Part shown: positions 20,483-30,863 of the stretch, in pieces
Layout: every line of letters starts with the position of its first letter
How positions within the stretch are numbered: position 1 is the first letter of the stretch
NCBI GenBank assembly: GCA_021781955.1
Contig: JAJXVV010000001.1
Span: 26,688-90,687, forward strand
DNA: 64,000 nucleotides
Source of the DNA: a bacterium
GTDB taxonomy: Bacteria > Patescibacteriota > Minisyncoccia > Phycocordibacterales > UBA2100
Direction: 5' to 3'
The notes under the pieces: model-generated
What the model was told of the DNA's origin: nothing
What the model saw: only the letters and a program-made list of their open reading frames with translations
The model's database searches: none
Program-made: the position numbers and the translations under genes

Positions 20483-20650
20483 TCAGCCGTCAAGGTACGC
20501 GCGCATGCGCGGATCATTCTCGGGCGCAATGCCGCGAACCGTGCCTTCGGGAGCGCCGGCGGGAGCCGAGGGCGCGGCGGCACCAGAACCGAGAGCGGTC
20601 ACATTCACCGGTTCGGCGGATGACGTGTCGATGTGCTCGTGACGCGACAT
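20483..20650 (-). CDS. 55-aa low-complexity peptide with C-terminal Gly (candidate modifier or precursor peptide)
   Basis: Hand translation MSRHEHIDTSSAEPVNVTALGSGAAAPSAPAGAPEGTVRGIAPENDPRMRAYLDG*; GGAGA SD 6 nt upstream; terminator downstream; absent from the ORF track (its shortest entries are 60 aa). Confidence 0.7.
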   Translation of the reverse strand: MSRHEHIDTSSAEPVNVTALGSGAAAPSAPAGAPEGTVRGIAPENDPRMRAYLDG

Positions 20651-20720
20651 GATCATTCTCCACGATCGAGATCCCGCTTCCCGCTGCGAACAGCGGAGGC
20701 TAGCGCGCGGGAGGAGCTAG

Positions 20721-21488
20721 CTACTTCCAGAATAGCGGCCACCGGCGTTCTGTCAACCACGCCTTTGCGCGCTGCAAGAGACTCTGCTCAGTCTCCTCAT
20801 CATCCGCGTCCCACCGCTCCGTGACTTGCACGAGATGCGGAACGAAATAGAACCCGACGAAATTCTCGTACGGATCGTTGCACCCTTGCTCCAAGTGGAG
20901 CCAGCGCGCAAGCCGCATGAGCATATGCCCGGCAACAATGTCCGCAATGGCAGGCAGCGGAAACTCCGTTTTGCATGCGCCAACCGCGTTCGCAGGATCT
21001 TTGTGCAAGTGAATGGGAGCCTCGTACCGGGCAATGTGTTCGACATTATTCGGATCAAGCCCGTAGGCTTTCCCGCCGTCGAGACCGACGCGACCATCGG
21101 CAAAAAACGAGACGCTCGGGTTGTTCTTGACCGCCTGCCATATGTCGCGCCGAGCCGCCATGGAGTCCACGGCCGAGAGCACGATGCCAGACAGTTTCGT
21201 ATCGGGACCGACTTTCTCGTCGCGGAGCGCGAGGTTCGCCGATCTTCCCCACTCGATCAGGTCGGCGATGCGTGCTTGCGAAGACGTCTTCTTCATCCCG
21301 ATATCGGCTTCGAAAACGCGCTGGTTGAACCGATTACGCGCCTCGACGACGTCCGTGTCCCATAGTTCCGGTGAAACGTTCATCCGTATGAGGTTTTGGA
21401 AAAGCGCGCTGCCGAGCGAGCCGCCGCCGATCACATTGATCGCCCTCCCGCGAAGCATGTCCGGCTGGAACATGGCCTGGTCTGTCAT
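20721..21488 (-). CDS. ThiF/MoeB/E1-family adenylyltransferase
   Basis: IGGGSLGS, WDTDVVEARNRFNQ, AVDSMAARR, DGRVG, candidate catalytic Cys in AVGACK; no CxxC zinc pairs; GGAGA SD. Confidence 0.88.
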   Translation of the reverse strand: MTDQAMFQPDMLRGRAINVIGGGSLGSALFQNLIRMNVSPELWDTDVVEARNRFNQRVFEADIGMKKTSSQARIADLIEWGRSANLALRDEKVGPDTKLSGIVLSAVDSMAARRDIWQAVKNNPSVSFFADGRVGLDGGKAYGLDPNNVEHIARYEAPIHLHKDPANAVGACKTEFPLPAIADIVAGHMLMRLARWLHLEQGCNDPYENFVGFYFVPHLVQVTERWDADDEETEQSLLQRAKAWLTERRWPLFWK

Positions 21489-21541
21489 GACTCTTTTCTC
21501 CGATTAGAGCTGAACTGTGGGCAACCCTACCCCAGCACGAA

Positions 21542-21575
21542 CAAAAAGAAAAGGCGCCTTTGCGAGGCGCCTTTG
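21542..21575 (-). terminator. Terminator-like hairpin between the E2-like and ThiF genes
   Basis: Minus strand AAAGGCGCCT-CGCA-AAGGCGCCTTTTCTTTTT. Confidence 0.7.
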
Positions 21576-21593
21576 CGATGCACGTCAGCGCAT

Positions 21594-22382
21594 CTAGTAC
21601 ATAATTGTATTGGGCGTTTTTACGAACGCGGGCACAAGCCCTTCCTTGCCGTTCGCCCCGAACATGTCGAGGTACCACGGCGGAACTTCTTCATCCCTTG
21701 CGGCTGGCCAAAGCCTGATGGCATCATGCGTGCCCGCGCATTCAGGGTACCGAACGGCTATCGCGACGACAGTTTCCCAATCCCCTCGCTGAAGAGCGCT
21801 TACCAGAGGTGCCCTCGCATCGCCAAAACAGGAGACTAACCCTTGCCTGTTGATATTCGGAGGACCTTGCAAATCAGGACGCGGATGCGTCAAATTCTCC
21901 CAACAGATATCCAGATGGCTTGTATCCAGGTGGATTGATTTTCTCAGGTTGAACACTATCCTGAAACGACCAACGACATGCCATTGGTGATTCTTGTCCT
22001 TCCCGAACAGAAGGTCGGTAAAGACGATCAGTATGTCGGATCTGGCCGAGATCGACTCGACGCGTGGGATGGCGAGCAGTCGACCATATAGCTCGTGCAA
22101 TCGTGGCGTCACGTACGACCTTTCCATCTCCGCGATGCGACCGCGAAGCTTGATGATGTTCGTTCGCAACGCGCCGAGACGCTTGCGTTGTTTTTTATTC
22201 ATCCAACCGAGAAACTTGCCGCGCCGCTCTATTTGTCCGGCCATCTCCTCAAACTTCGCAAATCTGCGTTTCTCTACCTCGACTTCCTCCTTGAGCGCGT
22301 CGTCAGAGGTAAGGCCGGTGGCCTTGATGAAACCGTCGATGAACGCTTGTTCGGCGGCACTGTTCCGAATCTTCTGTGTCAT
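21594..22382 (-). CDS. Coiled-coil plus putative prokaryotic E2/UBC-like protein
   Basis: Charged helical N-half; C-half GRFRIVF...WENLT...PPNINRQGLVSCFGD resembles E2 HPNIxxxGxIC; GGGAG SD. ORF solid, E2 call tentative. Confidence 0.55.
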   Translation of the reverse strand: MTQKIRNSAAEQAFIDGFIKATGLTSDDALKEEVEVEKRRFAKFEEMAGQIERRGKFLGWMNKKQRKRLGALRTNIIKLRGRIAEMERSYVTPRLHELYGRLLAIPRVESISARSDILIVFTDLLFGKDKNHQWHVVGRFRIVFNLRKSIHLDTSHLDICWENLTHPRPDLQGPPNINRQGLVSCFGDARAPLVSALQRGDWETVVAIAVRYPECAGTHDAIRLWPAARDEEVPPWYLDMFGANGKEGLVPAFVKTPNTIMY

Positions 22383-22444
22383 CTCGTCTACTCCCTATGG
22401 ACTCGCTCCGATATAGCACCCGGCGCAGCCTCGCGCAAGAAAGT

Positions 22445-22858
22445 TCACCTCGACGCGGCATCGATCGCCTCATTCACCAACTTATCCGCCTCTTTGTTCT
22501 GCTCGCGCGGGACGTGCGTGAAACGGACATTCGCGAACTGCTGCAAGAGCGCGCGCACGGTGGCATGTTCCACTTTAAGCGCTGCGTCCTTCACCTTGTA
22601 CTGACCGCGCATCTGCTTCACGACGAGCTCGGAATCCATGCGCACTTCAATCGGCTCTTGCGTGAGCCCGAGCCGCTGCGTTTCCATGAGCCCGAGCGCG
22701 AGTCCTTGGTACTCGGCGAAATTGTTGGTGCATGAGTCGCCGAGATATTTTCTTACTTCCGCGATGACCGTGCCGTTCTGCGAAACGACCGCTGCAGCCG
22801 CTGCGGGTCCGGGATTGCCGCGTGCGCCGCCGTCGGTATGTATGACGACGCTAGACAT
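22445..22858 (-). CDS. rnhA: Ribonuclease HI
   Basis: HTDGGARGNPGPA, TNNFAEY, MDSELV, HVPREQNKEAD. Confidence 0.95.
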   Translation of the reverse strand: MSSVVIHTDGGARGNPGPAAAAAVVSQNGTVIAEVRKYLGDSCTNNFAEYQGLALGLMETQRLGLTQEPIEVRMDSELVVKQMRGQYKVKDAALKVEHATVRALLQQFANVRFTHVPREQNKEADKLVNEAIDAASR

Positions 22859-23486
22859 GTGCGGGAGCAGATGCGGCCGCTTGCGCGGAGAGCGTGCGGT
22901 ACGCGTGCACGATCGCGAACATGGTGACCGGTATCGAAACAAACAGCCCGACGATGAGGCAGATGAAACCGAGCAGATTCACCAACACGAGGAGGAGAGA
23001 AAGTTTGAGAAGTTCCCACTTATGTCCGGTCGTGATGCGGCGGCTCTCGCCGATCGCTTCGAGCGGTCCGAGACCGCGATCCACGACGAGGTAGGGCGCG
23101 AACATGAACATGAGCCCGAGGATGATGCCGGGTACGATGAGCAGGATGAGCCCGAGCAAGATCGCGAGGCCGGTGACCACTTGCACAACCGCGTAGCTCA
23201 AGAATTGCTGCGGGTGCCAGAGCGCGCGGCTATCGACGCGTTCCGGCGCATCGTGCGCGGCGAGGAAGAACGCGGTCATGCCGAGCGAGATGAACGCACT
23301 CAGGAAAAAGCTGACCGCATTCCCGATGATCGAGGCCGCGCCGTACTGCCCGAACGCGCCGCCGATGCCCGAGGCGAACATGCTCGCGACGGTCGTAATG
23401 ACGGCGATGCCGGCGAAAAACCAGCGGCGCGTCTCGAACGTCTCCCAGCCGAAACGCACCGTCGCCATCGCCGAAAAAGTTCGCAT
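22851..23486 (-). CDS. Integral membrane protein (DUF975-like)
   Basis: LLIVPGII, GPLEAIGESRRIT, VSIPV pattern. Confidence 0.75.
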   Translation of the reverse strand: MRTFSAMATVRFGWETFETRRWFFAGIAVITTVASMFASGIGGAFGQYGAASIIGNAVSFFLSAFISLGMTAFFLAAHDAPERVDSRALWHPQQFLSYAVVQVVTGLAILLGLILLIVPGIILGLMFMFAPYLVVDRGLGPLEAIGESRRITTGHKWELLKLSLLLVLVNLLGFICLIVGLFVSIPVTMFAIVHAYRTLSAQAAASAPAHV

Positions 23487-23535
23487 GCACATCACTCTAG
23501 CAGCCGCGCAACGCGCGGGCAATGGAGACGCGGCA

Positions 23536-25209
23536 TTACTCGCGCGAGAGCACGTCGATGAGGCGGAGCGCGAGTCCGCCGCGGTACGTGTCACGCTCGA
23601 GCGTCGCGAGCAAGCCGACCTCGGCGCCCTGCACCGGAACATGCGAGAGGTCCTCCGGTGCGCGGAAAAAATCGAACGCGCGGTAGCGCACGCCGCTCAC
23701 GCGGCACTCGAGCAAGAGCTCGACGTGGTTTTTCTCTTTTCCGAAACGCTGCACGGAGGTCACGATCGCGCTCGGCACGAAAAAGACCGGTTTCGGATTG
23801 CCGGTGCCGAACGGCGAGAGTAAGGTAACTTGCTGAAAGAGGGCGCGAGAGAGTTCGGGGAGGGAGAGGCGCGCATCGTACTCGGGCGCAGCGACCTCGG
23901 ATGCGACAGTCTCGCTGGGTGCGACAACGCGCGTCAGCGCCGCTTGCAGCTCATGCACGTGCTCGTGCGAAACGCTGAACCCGCCTGAGGCGCGATGTCC
24001 GCCGTACGCTTCGAGCGCCTCGCCTGCGGCCGCGAGCAACTCGACGACCGAAACGCTGCCGTCGGAGCGGCACGAACCTTTCAGGCGATCGCGCGCGTCG
24101 CGCCCCCACAGGCACACGACGCCGCCGCGTTCGTTCATGATCGAGTTGGCGGCGAGTCCCAAGAGCGCCGGCTTCCATCCGGTATCGCCGAGCACGATCA
24201 CGCGATCGGCGTCGGTGAAACGCTCGCGCACGAGCTTGCGGACTTGGCGCACGACGCTCGCCACCGCGCCCTTGCGTTTCGCGTTGAGCACTTCGAGCTG
24301 CGACGCGATGCGACGCGCTTCTAGCGCGTCACTCGTCGTGAGGAGCGCGAACGCGAGATCGGGATCATCCATGCGCGACGCGGCGTTCACGCGCGGCGCG
24401 ATGGAAAAGCCGATGTCGTCCTCCGTGAGCTCGCGCTTGCGCACACGCAATGCTGCGCACAACGCATCAATGCCCGCGCGCCGCGAGCGGCGCAGCACGT
24501 GCAAACCCCAATGCGCGAGCGCGCGATTCTCGCCGACCAAGGGCACCATGTCGGCGACGGTCGCGATCGCGACGAGATCGAGCAGCCACTTCTCCCAGCC
24601 GTCTCGCACCCGCATGAAGCGTTCAGCGCCGCGCGCTTTGCCCGCGCGCAAGGTCGCCTGCGCGAGCTTGTACGCGACCGCCGCGCCGCACAGATGCGGG
24701 AAGGGGTACGGCGGCAACTTCGGATTGAGCACGGCGACCGCCTCCGGCAGCCTGTCCTGTATCTCGTGATGATCAGTCACGATGACGTCCACGCCTCTCT
24801 CTCGCGCGAACCGTACCGCGTCGACAGCGGTCGTGCCCACGTCGACCGTGATGATGAGCGATACGCCGCGCGCGGCGAGCGCTTCGATCGCCTCGGCGTG
24901 GAACCCGTACCCCTCGCGATCGCGATGCGGCAGATACACCTCCACTTTGTCATAGTCGATACTCTGAAAAAGGTCCCACAAGAGCGCGGCACCTGGAATG
25001 CCATCGCTGTCGAAGTCCGCATAGATGGCGATGTGCTCGCCGCGGTCGAGCGCTCCCAAGAGGCGCTCGACCGCCACGTCCATTCCGCTCAAAAGAAAGG
25101 GGTCGTGCGTATGCAGCGCGTAGTCGGGCGCGAGGAATGCGGCGACATCCTCTTCGCGCGTCACGCCGCGCGACGCGAGCAACGTACGAACGAGTTCCGG
25201 TATCTCCAT
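23536..25209 (-). CDS. recJ: ssDNA exonuclease RecJ
   Basis: YADFDSDG, ITVDVG, TDHH, GSCRS, GGH. Confidence 0.95.
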   Translation of the reverse strand: MEIPELVRTLLASRGVTREEDVAAFLAPDYALHTHDPFLLSGMDVAVERLLGALDRGEHIAIYADFDSDGIPGAALLWDLFQSIDYDKVEVYLPHRDREGYGFHAEAIEALAARGVSLIITVDVGTTAVDAVRFARERGVDVIVTDHHEIQDRLPEAVAVLNPKLPPYPFPHLCGAAVAYKLAQATLRAGKARGAERFMRVRDGWEKWLLDLVAIATVADMVPLVGENRALAHWGLHVLRRSRRAGIDALCAALRVRKRELTEDDIGFSIAPRVNAASRMDDPDLAFALLTTSDALEARRIASQLEVLNAKRKGAVASVVRQVRKLVRERFTDADRVIVLGDTGWKPALLGLAANSIMNERGGVVCLWGRDARDRLKGSCRSDGSVSVVELLAAAGEALEAYGGHRASGGFSVSHEHVHELQAALTRVVAPSETVASEVAAPEYDARLSLPELSRALFQQVTLLSPFGTGNPKPVFFVPSAIVTSVQRFGKEKNHVELLLECRVSGVRYRAFDFFRAPEDLSHVPVQGAEVGLLATLERDTYRGGLALRLIDVLSRE

Positions 25210-25277
25210 TCGCCGATTCTACCACCGGGCATTCGCGCGTCATTTCGCCGCTCGCGTGCACGCGGTATACTGCCGCC

Positions 25278-25688
25278 ATGAGCACCGACTGCATCTTCTG
25301 CGAAATCGTCCGCGGCGAGTTGCCGAGCTTCAAGGTTTACGAGGATGAACGGACCCTCGCGTTCCTCGACATCCGCCCCGTCAATATCGGCCACACGCTC
25401 GTCATTCCGAAAGCGCACTCGCACAACATCTTCGACATCGCGCCCGAAGATTGGACGGCGGTCGCCGGGACCGCGCGCAAGGTCGCGATCGCGATCGAGA
25501 AAGCCGTCGGCTGCGACGGCATCAATCTCGCGATGAACAACCGCGAGCATGCGGGGCAGGTCGTCTTCCATCCGCACGTGCACCTCATCCCGCGCTTCAA
25601 GGGCGACGGCATCAAGCTCATGCCGCAGCGCGCCTATCACGAAGGCGAGGCCGAGCCGATCGCGCAAAAGATCCGCGCCGCGCTCTAA
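25278..25688 (+). CDS. HIT family hydrolase
   Basis: DCIFC, HPHVHLIPR. Confidence 0.95.
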   Translation: MSTDCIFCEIVRGELPSFKVYEDERTLAFLDIRPVNIGHTLVIPKAHSHNIFDIAPEDWTAVAGTARKVAIAIEKAVGCDGINLAMNNREHAGQVVFHPHVHLIPRFKGDGIKLMPQRAYHEGEAEPIAQKIRAAL

Positions 25689-26812
25689 GCGAGCGCATCG
25701 ATGCCGGGCAGCGTTCCCTGCAAAAGATATTCGAGCATGGCGCCGCCGCCGGTCGAGAGGAAACCGAGTTTTTCTTTCGGGACGTTGGCATGTTCGAGCG
25801 CGGCAATCGTATCGCCGCCGCCGATGACCTTCGTCGCATCGCTTTCCGCAACGAGCACGGCGACCGCCTCCGTGTAATGCGTGTATCCCCGCTCGTAGAG
25901 TCCGGTCGGACCGTTCCAGAGAATGAACTTCGCGTGCAGCAAGTGCGTCGCGAGCATCGCGACCGTGTCCGGCCCGATGTCGACGATCTTGTCCCGATCG
26001 GTCACCTCTTCCGGCCTCTTCACGCGCGCTTGGCCGTCGGGGGTCTCCGTCGTCACGTCGACGGGCACGAGCAGGTGCGGGTGCTCGAGAATGGATATGT
26101 CGGGCAACTCCTGCGAAACGAGCGACCGGCCGACCGGCAACCCGCGCGCCTTGAATATATCGTTGGCCAAGGCGCCAGCGATAAAGAGATGGCCATAGTG
26201 CTCGAGCAAGAGCTTGATGAGCGGCGACTTGGTCTCGAACTTCGCCCCGCCCAAGAGCGCGACGGAAGGCGCTTGCGGGGAACGTGCAGCGCCGATGGCG
26301 GCAACTTCATCGCGCATGAGAAGCCCCGCGTAATGAGGCAAAAGCGCCGGCACGCCCACGATGGAAGCGTGGGCGCGATGCGCCGCCGCGAACGCGTCGT
26401 CGACGTACAGATCCGCCAATGCGGCGAGCTCGCGCGAAAGCGCCGGAACATTCTTGGTCTCTCGTTCATCGTGCCGGAGATTTTCCAGCAGCATGATCTC
26501 GCCATCCTTGAGATGTGCGACTGCGTCCTGCGCCATGGCTCCCGTGAGATCGGGCACGAACACGACCGGGCCGAACCGCTTCATCGCGTCAGCGACCGGC
26601 TTGATGCTCTCCCCTGGATCGCGGCCGATATGCGAGATGACGATGACGCGCGCGCCGCGCGCCGCCAGGTACGCAATCGTCTTCCAGCCCTGGCGCACGC
26701 GGAACGTGTCCGAGACCTTGCCGTCATTCCCGAGCGGAAGATTGAAATCGCTCCGTACGAGGACGCGCTTGCCGCGCAGCTCGGCCTCGGAAAGTGTGTC
26801 GACGCACCTCAT
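25685..26812 (-). CDS. pgk: Phosphoglycerate kinase
   Basis: RSDFNLP, LLENLR, DAFAAAHRAHAS, STGGGA. Confidence 0.96.
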   Translation of the reverse strand: MRCVDTLSEAELRGKRVLVRSDFNLPLGNDGKVSDTFRVRQGWKTIAYLAARGARVIVISHIGRDPGESIKPVADAMKRFGPVVFVPDLTGAMAQDAVAHLKDGEIMLLENLRHDERETKNVPALSRELAALADLYVDDAFAAAHRAHASIVGVPALLPHYAGLLMRDEVAAIGAARSPQAPSVALLGGAKFETKSPLIKLLLEHYGHLFIAGALANDIFKARGLPVGRSLVSQELPDISILEHPHLLVPVDVTTETPDGQARVKRPEEVTDRDKIVDIGPDTVAMLATHLLHAKFILWNGPTGLYERGYTHYTEAVAVLVAESDATKVIGGGDTIAALEHANVPKEKLGFLSTGGGAMLEYLLQGTLPGIDALA

Positions 26813-27603
26813 GCGACAGCGTCGAGCGCTTGCAAGAGCGCACGCATGCGGGCGCTTTCTTGACTGGCACGCCCGACCAAAAATCCCTGGATGTCGCCCT
26901 CCGTGAGCATCGCGGGAGCGTTCTGCTCGTCTATTGAGCCGCCGTACAAGATCCGCACGCCCATGGCCGTGGCCGTGGGCTCTTTCTTGTTCGTCGGGAG
27001 CGGTCCGTTCCGCATGGACAGGTCGACAAGCGTTTTCCTGATGAAAATGGCCATCTCGTGCATGTCGCGCGGGCGCATCGCCGATTGCTTGCCAATCGCC
27101 CACACCGGCTCGTACGCGACGATGACGCGCTGGAGATGCGACGGGTCCACTTGCGCGAAGCCTGCGCGCAGCTGTCGACGCACCACCTCGAAGTACATCG
27201 CGTCGCTCGTACGCTCCGCCTCGCCGACGCAGAGGATGGGCGTCACCTTGAGCGAGAGTGCTTCGCCGACCTGCGCCCCTGTTTCGTCGTCGGTCTCACC
27301 CTGCGCCCGGCGCTCTGCGTGCCCGACGATCGCGTACTGCACGCCCGCATCCTTGCTCTGAATGAGCGATACATCGCCCGTGTGCGCACCCTGCGTTTCG
27401 GCACGCGCGTGCTGAATCGCGAAGGCGAGGCGCCGCCCGTGGTAGCGCTCGCGCAGAGAGCGCACGTAGAGCGACGGCGGCGCGACGACGACACTCAGGT
27501 GCGCGGAACGATCCGCGGCTTTCTTGATCGCCTCGAAAAGCTGCCTCGCTTCGCGCCATGTCGCCGGATTCATTTTCCAATTCGCGACCACCAGGCATTT
27601 CAT
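26809..27603 (-). CDS. tpiA: Triosephosphate isomerase
   Basis: ANWKMN, GHAERR, AYEPVWAIG, LYGGS. Confidence 0.96.
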   Translation of the reverse strand: MKCLVVANWKMNPATWREARQLFEAIKKAADRSAHLSVVVAPPSLYVRSLRERYHGRRLAFAIQHARAETQGAHTGDVSLIQSKDAGVQYAIVGHAERRAQGETDDETGAQVGEALSLKVTPILCVGEAERTSDAMYFEVVRRQLRAGFAQVDPSHLQRVIVAYEPVWAIGKQSAMRPRDMHEMAIFIRKTLVDLSMRNGPLPTNKKEPTATAMGVRILYGGSIDEQNAPAMLTEGDIQGFLVGRASQESARMRALLQALDAVA

Positions 27604-27644
27604 GCGGCGATTGTAGCATAGCTGGGCGCCGACTTCCGCGCGCG

Positions 27645-28859
27645 CTACATGTTCTGCGAGAGCGAGTAGATCGGCGTGATCATCGCCACGGCGAAGAAGC
27701 CGACCCCCGCACCGATGAAGAGCATGAGGAACGGTTCGATGATCGTGGACATGTCCTTCGTCTTGCGATCGACCTCATCCTCGTAGTAGATCGCGAGGCG
27801 CTTCAGCATATCCGCGGTCTGTCCCGTTTCCTCGCCGACCGCCATCATCTCGCCGACGAACGCTGGGTACAGGTTCTCATGCCGCGCGAAGGTTTGGGAG
27901 ATCGCCTCGCCCGCGACGACACTCCGATGCGCCTCTCGCAGCACGTCTTGGAAGAGTGAGTTTTGCACGACCTCCGACGCGATGTCGATCGTTGTCACGA
28001 CGTCGACCCCGGCCGAGAGGAGCGAAGCCATGGTGCGCGCGGTGCGCGCCGCGTTCACCTCTTTCACAAGCTCGCCGATGATGGGCATATAGACGATCGC
28101 GATTTCGCTCGCCCACTTGCCCTGTTTCGTGCGCAGCAGCGCGGCGAAACCGGCGACAAGCGCGGCCGCGACTACTGCGACGAGAGCGGTATAGTTCACG
28201 AGGATGTCGCTTATCGTGATGATAGCTTGCGTCGTTGGCGGCAGGCTTGCGTTCATTTCCTTGAAAGTGCTCGCCAAGGTCGGCACCACTTTCGTCATCA
28301 TCAAGTACCCGATGACCACGATCGCGAAGAGGATGATCGTGGGGTAGATGAGCGCACCGCGCACCTTCTTCTTGAGATCGGACGCACGCTCCATCTGCTC
28401 GGAGACGACGAGGAGCGCGGCGGGCAGATCGCCGCCCTCCTCGCCCGCCTTCACCATCGCAATCATGAGCTTGGAGAACACGTGCGGGTACTTCGCGAGC
28501 GCGGCATGGAACGGATCGCCGTGCCTGATCGCGGTGCCTACCTCGGTAACGGTCTCCCGCAAGCGCGCGTTCTTACTCTGCCGCTCGATGATGGCGAGCG
28601 CCCGAGAGAGCGGTAATCCGGCGGTCAGCATCGAGCCGAGATTGCGCGTGAAGAGTATTTTTTCCTGTTCGGAAATCGTGGCGAATTTGGTGTTCCAGTA
28701 GTTGAGCGTGAGGTATTTGTTGCGACCTTCTTCGCGGACATTCACTAGCCGCCCGCCTTCACGGCGCACGACCTGGTAGAGCTCAAAGCGATCCTTCGCC
28801 TCCGCAACGCCCTGGTACGTGTCCCCGCCCGCTTTCTCGGCGGTGTAACTGAATCGCAT
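27645..28859 (-). CDS. pilC: Type IV pilus/T2SS F-family platform protein
   Basis: AGEEGG, ALIYP, VGEETG, IIEP. Confidence 0.92.
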   Translation of the reverse strand: MRFSYTAEKAGGDTYQGVAEAKDRFELYQVVRREGGRLVNVREEGRNKYLTLNYWNTKFATISEQEKILFTRNLGSMLTAGLPLSRALAIIERQSKNARLRETVTEVGTAIRHGDPFHAALAKYPHVFSKLMIAMVKAGEEGGDLPAALLVVSEQMERASDLKKKVRGALIYPTIILFAIVVIGYLMMTKVVPTLASTFKEMNASLPPTTQAIITISDILVNYTALVAVVAAALVAGFAALLRTKQGKWASEIAIVYMPIIGELVKEVNAARTARTMASLLSAGVDVVTTIDIASEVVQNSLFQDVLREAHRSVVAGEAISQTFARHENLYPAFVGEMMAVGEETGQTADMLKRLAIYYEDEVDRKTKDMSTIIEPFLMLFIGAGVGFFAVAMITPIYSLSQNM

Positions 28860-28879
28860 GCACGTAGTATACCGCGCGT

Positions 28880-30619
<1,740 letters not shown>

Positions 30620-30863
30620 ATCGTTTTCATTATATCGTATGCTCGAACGCGCGAGGCGCTCGTGTTCGCTCAACCGGACTCCTCGGGAAAGAGGTTCGAC
30701 CCCTTCCGGCTCGGCGCCTTGCGCGTGCAGCGGGAGGAGATGTAACGAGACGCGGGTCGCCCAGCATGAGCGGCCCGCGTTGACTTTTTGTATCGTTCAA
30801 CTATAGTATCGACATTGGTTCCGGCACGCGCCGGAATTTTTATTGAAACATAACAAGACCCCT

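Noticed and set aside
20721-21488. Ordinary thiamine/molybdopterin ThiF/MoeB or TcdA
   Set aside because: No CxxC zinc motifs and no ThiS/MoaD or pathway genes nearby; context points elsewhere, though not excluded without a phylogeny.
26960-27020. Repeat-derived insertion in TpiA (MRNGPLPTNKKEPTATA)
   Set aside because: An extra loop seems present, but its DNA shows no palindrome or match to the repeat families seen.
30685-30707. tRNA fragment (GGTTCGACCCC) upstream of pilB
   Set aside because: Only a T-loop-like hairpin; no cloverleaf can be built.
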